A stretch of 63,594 nucleotides of DNA, the filler included, from Conidiobolus incongruus B7586 (Eukaryota), in the NCBI GenBank assembly GCA_000697335.1. It is 14 parts of 14 records of this genome, joined end to end, with 100 filler letters (N's around TTAATTAATTAA, not from the genome) between each part and the next. Parts side by side here need not be neighbours in the genome. Positions count along the whole stretch, not along the records: positions 1 to 6,186 come from JNEM01007253.1; positions 6,287 to 18,612 come from JNEM01007256.1; 12 more parts are not named here. One strand, written 5' to 3'. Shown here piece after piece: positions 1-11,000 of this stretch. A model generated the notes under the pieces. That model was not told the DNA's origin and made no database searches. It was given only the letters and a program-made list of their open reading frames with translations. The number at the start of each line of letters is the position of its first letter. The first letter of the stretch is position 1. The position numbers and the translations under genes are program-made.

Positions 1-233
1 TGAGTTTTTTGATTATTTAATTTAAATCTATAATTTATCTTTTGAAATTTAAATTTAATATATATTGAATATTATTTCAAAATATTTTATAATTAAATTT
101 TATTATTATAGAACATAGTTATTAGATTTTATAATTTAATTAATTAAATGTAAATAAGGTTTTAATTAATAATTATTTGATAAATTTTAATATTTTAATT
201 TAATTACATTATTATAATTTTTTATAATAAATT

Positions 234-629
234 TATAAGTGTAGTGGTAGTTAAACTAATATAATATAGAAGAAAACTTAATATAAAAGTAGTGTGGTAT
301 AGAATGTAGTAATATAATGTAGCTATAATGTGCAAGTGTAAATAAAGTTTAATTAAGCTTCAAACTAAGATGAGTTACTAATATATTAAGATTTATATTA
401 GGTAGTATTAATATCTTATAATATTAATAGAATATAGTTTCAATTTTAAAAATAATTTAAAAGTAAGAATAGTAAGAATTGAAAAGAAAAAAAAACTTAA
501 TTTATTAGATAATTTAATACTATTTATACAATTAATTTAACTATATAAGTATAAATTAATTATATAATTTATAGTTAATTGGATTATATAAAAGTATATA
601 TAAGAATTTAAAGAACTAGTTTTTTAATA
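234..629 (-). repeat. 3' LTR of Gypsy element
   Basis: Colinear with 5539-5937 and 57756-58154; adjoins the PPT. Confidence 0.93.
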
Positions 630-639
630 CTCCCTTAAT

Positions 640-3600
640 AAATTTTTTAGAAGAGACACACTTTTTAATTTTTTACAAATAGGTATAATAAGCTAAAGTA
701 TTCTTAATATTTTTTAGAGGTTCTTATATAGTTTCTTTAATAAAATAACCCATCTATTTTATATAAAAATAAAGTTTATTCCTAATAGATTTAAACCTAA
801 TTATATAATTAACATAGTATTCTTCTTCTTTATCTTAATTAATAATTAAATCTAGTTTTAAAATTTTTAATTAATTAAGAAAAGTATTAAAATCTTTAAA
901 ATATAGTTTAATTTTGGATATGTGAAAGGTAAAGTTAATCTTCAAAGTTAGAGGTAATTCTAAAGTAATATATTTAAAATTTGAATTAATAAATTAAATT
1001 TTATAGGGACTATAATATAATAATAAGTATTTGGGATTTAAGCTAGATTTAAGTAAGGTAAGTTTAAAGGTAAATTGTTCTAAATATACAAACATACTAG
1101 TTTTATATTTAAGAGGGTTTCTAAATAACTTTAAGTATTATTATTCTATAATCCTTTAATTTTCTTCTAAGTTAAATTTAATAAAAGAATTAATATATTT
1201 AATATTAAATTAAAATTCAACAATGTTTAAAAGTAAGTTGATTTAAAGTTTTAGAGTAATTATTAAGTTAGGATATTTATTATAATTAATAAAATAAAAG
1301 CTAAAACTTATTGATTTATTAATAAAAGTGTTGAATAAATATTAGAGTTAATAGATATAAGCATCCTAATTTAACTAATTAGTGTTAATATAAGCTTTAA
1401 TTATTTACTTTAAGGTTTTAATAGTTTTTTCAACAAGTTTATTAGTTTAGTGATAATTAGTAATAGATATAACTAGGTTAATTTTAAAAAAAAAGGATAG
1501 TAACTTCTAAAATTAAAAGTTGAATTATATATCTCTATTAAATATAATAGTTTGTAGAATTCTATAGTAGGTAAAAATATTAGAGAATAACAATTATACA
1601 ATATCTTTAGCTGTAGAAGTTTTAAAATAAAGAATAAAATAAACATATTTAGAAAATGAATCAATTATAATTAGTAAGTTATTATAATTATTTGTTGATT
1701 TAAAAATTTCTATAAAATTAAATTAGATTTGTTGTTAAATTTTATTAGAGACTTATAAGAGAATAAGTTTACTATATTTTAGTTGAGTATTATATTTAGT
1801 TTTTTAACATATATTATAGATATTGGTGTATTTCTAAACTAATTTAACTAGGGAAAGTTAATAATACTTTATTTTAATTCTCTCAGTGGTGTTTAACTAG
1901 TTTTAATATCCTCTAATAAGTAAGTTATAACATTCATTAAATATTATTTGTTAGATCTTAAGAATATTAGGAATATATAGATAATTATTATAATATAGTA
2001 AGTTATTGATAATTTTAAATCTTTTAACATATTTTAGTTAGTTTTCTAATAGTTTAAAAAGTTCTTCTTTAACTAAAATAAAGAAATTATTATTTAACAG
2101 TGTTTCTTAAAGTAATTTAATAAATTTTTTATTTCCTTTATTAATAATTATTAATTTAATATTTGCTAGATTTTTATAATTAAAACAAAAGGGTAAATAT
2201 ATAAGATTTTTTAATAAAGTATCTACAACATAGTTTTATTAACCTAAAAAATATTGAATAAAGAAAAAATAAGCTTAGATAATTTTAATCTATTTAATTT
2301 ATTTTCTTAATAAATACTTTTGAGTATTTAAGTAGATAAGTGATTTATAATTTATAAGTATTAAGAAAAAGTTGTAGGATAAAAAATGTAAGTGATTTTT
2401 AATTATTTCTACTAAAGTAAAAAGTTCTTGTTTATAAACTAGGTATTTCAATTCAACTGGTTTTATTTTTTTTAACCAGAATATTATTAATTTTAAAGTA
2501 ACATTTGTAAAGTTAAACTTAACTTATTCTCTTTTATTTATTATTTTATCCTATAGTTATAAAGTAAAATATAAATTAAATTTAAACTAAGTTAATTATC
2601 TACTAATTGTAAAAAAACTAAAGTTAATAAAAATAATAATAGGTAGTTTTAGATTAAAAATAGATAAAGCAAAAACATTAGTAATATAGAAAATTAAAAC
2701 ATTTATGTAGAAAGTATATAGTGGGGTTTATTCAAAAAGAGAGTTTTTCTTTAAGAGATTAGTAAAAAAAATAATAAGTTTAATAAAAGAATCAATGAAA
2801 TTTTTAAAGTGATTTAATAATTTAAGTATAAACATAAGTTGATTTTTGTTTATAAGTATAGTAAAAACTTTAACACCATTGAGTTTAGTTAAATCAATAT
2901 TAATTTTTTAAAAAGAAACAATATAACCAAAGAAAAAAATAAAAGAGGTACTAAAAATATATTTTAATAATTTTAAAGGTAATTTATATTCTTGAATAAT
3001 TTGTAAAACTTAATTAACATGTTAAATATATTCTTCTTTAGTTTTTAAATAGATTAGGATATTATTAAAGTAAGTGATAATAAAGTTATTAAAGATAAAG
3101 TTAAAAAGGGAATTAATAAATTAAATAAAAGTTATAAAAGTATTACACAATTTAAAGTTTATAATAGTAAATTTATAGTAACCTAAAAAAATATTAAAAG
3201 TAGTTAAAGGAATAAAGTTTTCTTTAACTTTAATGTTGTAATATCTATTTTTAACATCTAGTTTAGTAAATATAGTTGATTTAAGTAATTTATCCCTAAT
3301 ATTATATAGGTTTAGTAATAAAGTTTTATCCTTAATAGTTTTAGAGTTTAAAATATAATTATCAATATATAATCTTTAACCACCATTAGTTTTTTATATA
3401 AAGAAGATTAGAGATTTTTATAGTAAAGAAAAAAGTTTAATATACCTATTTTCAAGTAGTTTTTAGATTTCTTTTTTTAAAGTTTAATATTGTTTAAGAG
3501 ATAAATAGTAAATAAGCTTTAAGTATAGTTATATACTAAAGATTAGTTTAATTTTATGTTTAATATTATATTTAAGTGGTAATTTATTCACAAGTTTAAA

Positions 3601-4300
3601 AACATTAGTAAATTAACTTATTATATTGTATAAAAAGTGGTTATTAGATATAACTTTATTAAAATCAACAAATAAAGTGTTGATAGATAAATAATAAACA
3701 AATATATATCTTTATAAATTATTTAAGTTTTTGATTAGCTTTTTATATTAATTTTTACTTAGAATAATAAAATTATTTATTACAATTATAGAGTTAGTAT
3801 TAGGTAAAGTATTTAATAGTTTTATAGTAGGGTAATATAAATTTTTTAAGATTAATTCTACTAATTTTTTTTAGAATGTGAAAAAAATAGATTTATAGCT
3901 TTTTAAGGTAATATTTATAGATATAAAACTGTGATATTTAAACTAATTTTAACCTAGTATAAAATTTTAACTAATGTTGCTAGCTAAAAATTCAATATAT
4001 TAAAAATAGTTAAAGGGTAATGATAAGTATTTAAATATAATACTAAATACTTATTCTATTAAGTTATTAATATATTTAATTATTAAGTTGTTTTTTAAGT
4101 AGGTAAAGATAACTTTACAACAATAAAAAAAGAGATAATACAATTAAAACAACTAAAGTTAATTAAAATATTAACAAATATATCTATAAAAAAACTAGTT
4201 AACACAAACAATAAAGTAATAGTTAAAGGTAAAAAATTACAAGGTAAATTAGTTACTAGAATATTTTTAGTTTTTAATAGTTTAATCAGTTGGATTTCTC
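640..4300 (-). pseudogene. Gypsy pol pseudogene (RT and integrase/chromodomain motifs recognised; PR/RH inferred from position)
   Basis: Motifs become recognisable after reverting A>G/T>C. Many TAA/TAG stops at W/Q positions. ORFs 1473..1664 and 4095..4310 are fragments from within this element. Boundaries approximate. Confidence 0.8.
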
Positions 4301-5538
4301 TAGTATACATAGTTTAATTTATAGAATTATTAGTTTATTAGAACTTTTGTGGATTAGATTAGAATCTACTAACTAATTATAAAAAAAATAATTTTAAAGT
4401 TATATTAATATTATTCAAGTTTAATTTATGGTTAGTAGATTAAAATTGTTGAGAATTAAATTGGTGTTGTTTTTTGAAGGGATATTTGTTAGTTCTATAG
4501 TTAAGTCTTTCAACAATAATAATAACCTTTGTTTACTCTCAAGTAAATTTTAGTTTCTTTACTAAAAATTTTCTCATAAAGCTTTAAAACAGAAACATTT
4601 ATCATTTAAAACTTAAGTGGGTTAAAGTAAAATTTAAAAAATTAATTTTTAGGGTGGGAAGATTTAATTATAAAGTAAAAGATATTATCAATTATAATTG
4701 TTATATTACAAATGTTAGAAAAAAACATATTATTAAAGTGTTCTTTATTAACTAACTAAAGTTTCATTTAAAGGTTAAAGTATTATAATAGTTTGTGGAT
4801 TTATTCTTTTTCAGTGATATTTAATATATTTAAACATATCTTATTAAATTTCTCAATTAATTATCTTGTAGAAGTTTTTTATTTAAGTTAAGAAAGTTTT
4901 TCTCTTGTTAATTAAATTTAATCTTTTAAGTAATATCTCTCTTTAAAAGCTTTTTCTAATTATTTAAAAGTTTGTATCTTTATAATAAGTTATCCTCTTG
5001 AAGATTCTTTAGGATTAAACTTGTAATAAGTTAACTACCAAATATAAATAAATTTTTCCAAAAAAAAGTAGCTAATTTAAAGATATTTTTTAAATCTTTA
5101 TTAGAAATTAAATTAAAGTAATTCTTTATGTTTTTAAAGTAGTTTTCAAGTTTGTAAAGGTTTTTTAAACTAGCATAAGTAGTTAATTTGTTTTTAAAGA
5201 TACTAAAGAGGTAGTTTAATGTATTAATTATAATAAAGTAGCTAGTTTGTTAAATTTAAACTCTTTGAGACATGTTTTTTTCAATCAAAAGTTGTTTAAT
5301 ATAAGTTTCTTAAAGGGTAGTAAGTTTTTAAAAACTAAAGTTTTAAATTCATTTAGTAATTAAGCTATTATCATTATTAAAATAATATAAAGGTATTTTT
5401 TTTTGGTGGTATTATAGTATATAGTATTAAATTTAAATAAAATAAATTATAAATAAGATTTAAAATAGTAATAAATAAGTTAGATACAAGTAGTTATTAA
5501 TTTCTAGTAGGTTTTTAATAGTTTTGTTGTTGTTACTA

Positions 5539-5937
5539 TATAAGTATAGTAATAGTTAAACTAATATAATATAGAGGAAAACTTAATATAAAAGTAGTGT
5601 GGTATAAAACATAGTAATATAATATAGCTGTAGTGTGCAAGTATAAATAAAGTTTAATTAAGCTTTAAACTAGGATGAGTCACTGATATATTAAAATTTA
5701 TATTAGGTAGTGCCAATATCCTATAATATCAACAGAATATAGTTTTAATTTTAGAAATAGTGTAAAACTAAAAATAATAAGAATTAAGAAAAAAAAAGAA
5801 GAACCTAGTTTATTAAATAATTTAATACTATTTATACAATTAATTTAATTATATAAGTATAAATTAATTATATAATATATAGTTAATTAGATTATATGAA
5901 AGTATATATAAGAATTTAAAAAACTAGTCTCTTAACA
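5539..5937 (-). repeat. 5' LTR of Gypsy element
   Basis: Direct repeat of 234-629, ending ...cttaaca on the plus strand. The adjacent 5526-5538 reads TAGTAACAAC on minus, a plausibly mutated TGGTAGCAGC-type PBS (inference). Confidence 0.93.
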
Positions 5938-6186
5938 AAATTATTAATTGATGATTTATTAATTTTCAATTAATAATCAATTAAATTATAAATAAAATAT
6001 ATATTTTAAACTTTAAAAGACAATATAAATTTTTTCAATAAGCTTATATATTTAATATTATATTTATCAATATGTTTTTTAATTTTTGAAATATTTTTTT
6101 TATTAATATATTAAATTTAACAGATATTTATATTTAAAAAATATATTAAATTTTATTTTAAATTTTATAAAAAGATTAAATAAAAT

Positions 6187-6286
6187 NNNNNNNNNNNNNN
6201 NNNNNNNNNNNNNNNNNNNNNNNNNNNNNNTTAATTAATTAANNNNNNNNNNNNNNNNNNNNNNNNNNNNNNNNNNNNNNNNNNNN
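6187..6286. other. Assembly linker N44-TTAATTAATTAA-N44 (also at 18613, 26911, 28080, 31491, 33152, 41277, 45591, 54070, 55712, 57366, 60967, 62147)
   Basis: Identical 100-bp unit containing six-frame stop codons; artificial. Confidence 0.98.
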
Positions 6287-6471
6287 TAACATTAATAATT
6301 ATAATAATATTATAAGTTGATTTATTTTTTTAATAAAGTTAATTAATATATAAACTGATTTTTTTAAAAAAGGATTTAAATATATTAATATTAATCAAAA
6401 AAAATATAATATAAATATATAAAATATTATATAAAATAATAACAAAAAGAGAAAAAAGATATGGTTATATA

Positions 6472-8039
6472 CACTAACCTGCAAAAGTAATCATAAAATC
6501 AAAAATATATATATTTTAATTAATAACTAAAACAATTGTATATATTAGATTATTTGAAACTATAATATATAATTAAAGTATATTATTTAATAATAAATAA
6601 ATATATTTAGATATATTTAGTAAACTATTAGCAAAAATATTAACCCTTAATATTTAACTAAAGTGAGTCATAAATTTATAGGTTTTTGAGATAAAGGGAT
6701 ATATTTAACAATATATAACCATATTTTTTTTCTCTACTATTATTTTATATAATATTTTATAAATATACTAAACTTTTTTTATTAGTATTATTATACCTAA
6801 ATCCCTCTTTAAAAAAATTTACTTGTGTATTAATCAACTTTATAAAAAAAATAAATCATCTTGTGATATTATTAGAATTACTAGTGTTAGCTAGTCTACT
6901 ATAGTTAAAGTTGTTAAGAATAGCAATAAAGAAACATTTAAACTTAAACTTAAGTGTGTTAAAATTATAGATGAACATGATAAGAAGTATATTTGTAGGT
7001 TAGTTAGTATAAGTAAATGTGGTACTATTGTAGAAATATAGCAGGAACTATAAAACTATATAGGAATATTAATTAGCACTAATATTATTATATATACTTT
7101 ATATTAGTATGGATACTACTTACACTTTAAGAAAAAACACCCCCAATTAAAGAAATCCTATTATAAAACTAGGTAGGAGTTTAAATATTACTACTAATAT
7201 TAAACTAAAACTAATTAGAGTAAGGTTATTTAGTTTAATAAAACAAAAATATACCTTAGTGGATTTAATAAAAAAGCTAGATACTTCAAAAAAGATACAT
7301 AACTACTTTGTGACTATTATGTTAATTTTACCCAAAAGTATAATAGTGGGTTAATTATTATTTAGGGATGTATATTATCTTTAGGTGTAAAGTATCTTTA
7401 TAAAGTTAATAGGGGAATTAATGCTAAAATATACTAAAGTATTCTAAACAATGAATTGAAAAAAACCATTGAATAGTATAGGTTAAACAAATCTAATGTT
7501 ATTTTCTAGTAAGATAATACCTCTTGTTATACTATAACTTCTACTACCAAATAACTTAAAAATAATAAGATAACAGTTATAAAGTAACTTCTTCAATCTC
7601 CTAACTTTAATCTAATTAAACACCTTTAGGATTAGTTAAAAAAAGTTATTAAAGCTTTCCCCCCAATAAAAAATTTAGATCAATTTTAGAAATATATTTA
7701 AGAAGTATAGAATAAGATTAACTTTTTTTAGTATAAGAAGTTAGTTGATTCTATACCCTACAAACTTAAAGAAGTTAGAAAAGTCAAAGGTAGATACACT
7801 AGGTTTTAATTTTTTTTTATCATCAAAAACCTGTAAATTTATAACTCACCTTAGGTAAAATTTAAAGGTTTATATTTTAACCAATTAATAGCTAAATATC
7901 ACCATTTAATGATATATATAACTAATAAATATAATAGATTTTAATTATTTAATTTAGGTTTATTTTATTTAATATTAATTAAGTTATTAGTAAAAATATA
8001 GGTGTTTTTGATTTTATGACTCACTTTTGTAGGTTAGTG
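6472..8039 (+). mobile_element. Tc1-family DNA transposon (DD34E), full length, hypermutated
   Basis: TIRs cactaacctgcaaaagt...cataaaatcaaaaa / tttttgattttatgactcacttttgtaggttagtg. TA TSDs at 6470-6471 and 8040-8041. Inner repeats at ~6655-6695 and ~7821-7860. Confidence 0.95.
6793..7809 (+). pseudogene. Tc1 transposase pseudogene (339 codons, start and stop in the same frame, many premature stops)
   Basis: ATA(ATG)-PKSL...; KVI*FNKTK (=VIWSDETK), II*GC (=WGC), VIF**DNTSCYT (=FQQDNASCH), K*LLQSPNFNLIKHL* (=WPPQSPDLNPIEHLW). 34 residues lie between the D and the mutated E (AAA). Confidence 0.9.
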
Positions 8040-11000
8040 TATTATTAAATATATCCTTTTATCTCAAAAACCCACATATTTATTATTTATCTTAATTTAA
8101 TATTAAGAGTTAATATTTTTGCTAATAGTATATTAAAAATATCTAAATATATCTTTTTAATATCAAATAATATACTTTAATTATATTTTATAGTTTTAGG
8201 TAATTTAATAAATATATTGGTTTTAATTATTAATAAAAATATATATTTTAGATTTTTTAACTTTTTTTGTAAATTAGTATATATTATATTATTTATAAAT
8301 ATATAAAATTTTAATTTTTAAAATTGGGTTTATTTTATAAAGCATTGATTAAGTTATTAGTTAAAATATAAGTGTTTTTGATTTTATATCTTATTTTTAC
8401 AGGTTAGTGTATTATATTCTATAATAAAATTTATAAACAAAGGTTGTTGTTACTAAATACCTATAATATAATCTAATAAATTAATTTATTAAACTTGATT
8501 TTTAAAACCATTAGGCTGTATAATTTAATTTACTTATTAATGAGTCATTATAACAGAATATCCTATTTTCTCCTTTTTTGTTATTTTTTGGTTTAAATAG
8601 TTAGTTTAGTGAATGATATAGGGTTAGGAAAATTTCTGATAAAAGAAACAAATATCATTTGATTACAAACCAACAAAGCCACTTTTAATTGGTAGTAATA
8701 TTCACTTAGCTATTAAATCAAGACAGACAGGTATTTTTGAAATATAACAAATATCACTTGTCTTAATAAATAAATAAGAAACACTAATATTCAAATATAT
8801 GTTAATTAATAATATGAGAAAAATATACATTAGATTATTGATATTTTTATAAATATTTGATAAATTAGTCTGCTATATATATTCAATTATTAGAAAAATC
8901 TGATAGAATTTAAAATATTGATTTTTACTGAAAACTAAATATAAAATTAGTAATATTTGATTTTGTGTAATCTTTAAATGAAAGGTGGTTGATATGTAAC
9001 GATGAAAGTGATTAAAAGATAACTAATAAATATGATGGTAAATAGTTATTCTGAGATAGAATGAAATTGCTGTTTTTACTTGGAATATAAATCAATAAAA
9101 TTAATTTCTACCTAGTATTGGGTCTCTTGATAATTCCAACATATATTTAAACTATCAAATAAAATATACAATTTAGAAAACCAATTTCCAAATATGGCTA
9201 ATATGAATAAAAAAAATATGAAATTTACTGACATCACAATCAATAGTTCAGATTAAAAATTAGCAAAAGTTACTATATAGGTTTATGTAAAAGTAATATT
9301 TAATTAATTAGGAGAAAATGACAAAATTCCATTTATTTCACATTCTCGAAACCCACTAGAATTGGAAATTATGAAACCTTAACTGATCAGGAATAATAAA
9401 ATATTAAATTAAAAGTGTTTCAAACAAATATTTAAATCTAATTTTAATAAGAGTCATTAGCTCCTAAACAGGGTTTATTTCAAGTATCGATCCATTTCCC
9501 GATTTCGAATAATTTCTTTATGTGGTAATAATTTTCGAGATATTTTCCTAAAATATTAATCAATGCTTGTTATTAATTCAACTATTTAAATTTAATTGAT
9601 TGAATATCATTAACATTAATTGATATATAATATATTTGGCTGATATATTATTTAGCCAATAATCAATAATATTAAAAATTTTACTAAAGTTTTTAGTGTA
9701 ATTAAATAATATATTTAAATTTTTTTAGTCAAATCAATTGCTATAAGGTTATTAAATTCTTCAAAAATTGACGAATTAGACATATCAAAAATATATTTAA
9801 TAAAATGGTTGATACAAATTAATAGTTAAGGAATAACGTAGATAAGAAATAATATATATTGGTAATTGAAAGAAATAACTATTATTTAATTTATTGATAA
9901 TAATAGATTATTGTTTGACTATTTTATCAGTTTCATTCATAAAATTAAATATCAGAAATTTCCTCATCGTGATATAAACACAGTTATTTTCTCATTTATA
10001 TTCAGTTTTATTATTTAAAAATAATAGATTTGAAATTCAAATATTTACCAAATGCATTTATATTTCATCGAATAAAAGATAATAATATTATACTTTTCAG
10101 TCTAGTTCCATTGATTAATAATATATAATTTTATTTATGAATTCACCCTTACAATTACACAGTCATAGAATCAAAATTTGTTTTTGACAAAAATGATACA
10201 AGGTATCTAAAATTATAGTTATATTAAGGTATTCATTGATATTACTTTTCCATTTATTGTCGTATTTTTGAAATTAATTGTTTTAGAATATTGGCCAAAA
10301 ATCATATTATATTTAATTTAACAGTCTATATAATTAAACTTTATTTTAACACCAGTTTAAAGTTTATATCAAATTAGAATACACCAATTGACAACCATAA
10401 TTCATATCCAAAATTTTATATATAGTATTAATTTATTTAATTTAACTCTGTTAAAGAATGAATCATTTACAACTGTGAAAATTAATAAATCCACAATTAA
10501 GATAAATTTATCATCAACCTCATTTAATCAGCGCTGCTTTTTTCCTTTAATAGATTTATTAATTTACAATCTCTTACAATTAAAATATCACTGATTTTTA
10601 ATTTTAACCAGATTTTCATTATTATTTCACATTCTGTGATGATTTTAAAATAGACTACTATTAGCATTATTTGATCATCGCGTTTAAGTTCCTTTTAAAG
10701 ATATATGGATGTTAAAGTGATTTCCCAAGCATTAGAGTAGTTTCTGAATAATCTATATCCATGTTAAAGAAAACTTTTTACAAATCATAGGATTGAATAT
10801 GAAATCTATATTTAAAATATTGTTCTGTTATTTTTTTATTTGATTATTATTAATAATTTAAACCAAAATGATATTAAATTGATAATATTTTGATAGTTCG
10901 TCTTTAAAGTTAATTGAAGATTATTAAGGAATATTTGTATCACTGTTCCTCAACTTAACCAGATATTCATTTTATATTACGAACACTGTTAAATATAAAA

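Larger units (their letters stand above)
234..5937 (-). mobile_element. Full-length Ty3/Gypsy (chromovirus-type) LTR retrotransposon, inactivated by dense C>T/G>A mutation
   Basis: Two ~397-bp direct repeats (234-629, 5539-5937) with TA(TG)...TA/CA termini. Identical 5-bp TSD AAATT at 229-233 and 5938-5942. PPT (plus ctccctt = minus AAGGGAG) at 630-636. Minus-strand relic motifs: GG*RLYID (RT, ~3360-3385), YFNNILIY (=YxDD, ~3049-3072), YYSPYKI (=GPY/F, ~998-1018), chromodomain at ~700-830. Confidence 0.95.
6287..8279 (-). mobile_element. Host Tc1 copy (5' end, opposite orientation) interrupted by the 6472-8039 element
   Basis: Flanks gatatggtta-TA / TA-ttattaaatatatcc rejoin to match the intact sequence at ~57019-57050. 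Degenerate TIR ends at ~8279. A further Tc1 right end lies at ~8340-8409. Confidence 0.8.

Noticed and set aside
6231..6242. Recurrent TTAATTAATTAA palindrome, 13 copies
   Set aside because: Always centred in a 100-bp N gap; it is an artificial six-frame-stop contig linker.
6793..7809. Alternative genetic code (TAA/TAG read as Gln or Trp) as an explanation for in-frame stops
   Set aside because: Host genes end in TAA and have no internal stops. The TE stops come with widespread missense G>A/C>T changes and vary between copies.
10388..10594. Short ORFs at 10388, 43659 and 62994
   Set aside because: I/L/N/K/F-rich products expected by chance in very AT-rich DNA; no motifs.
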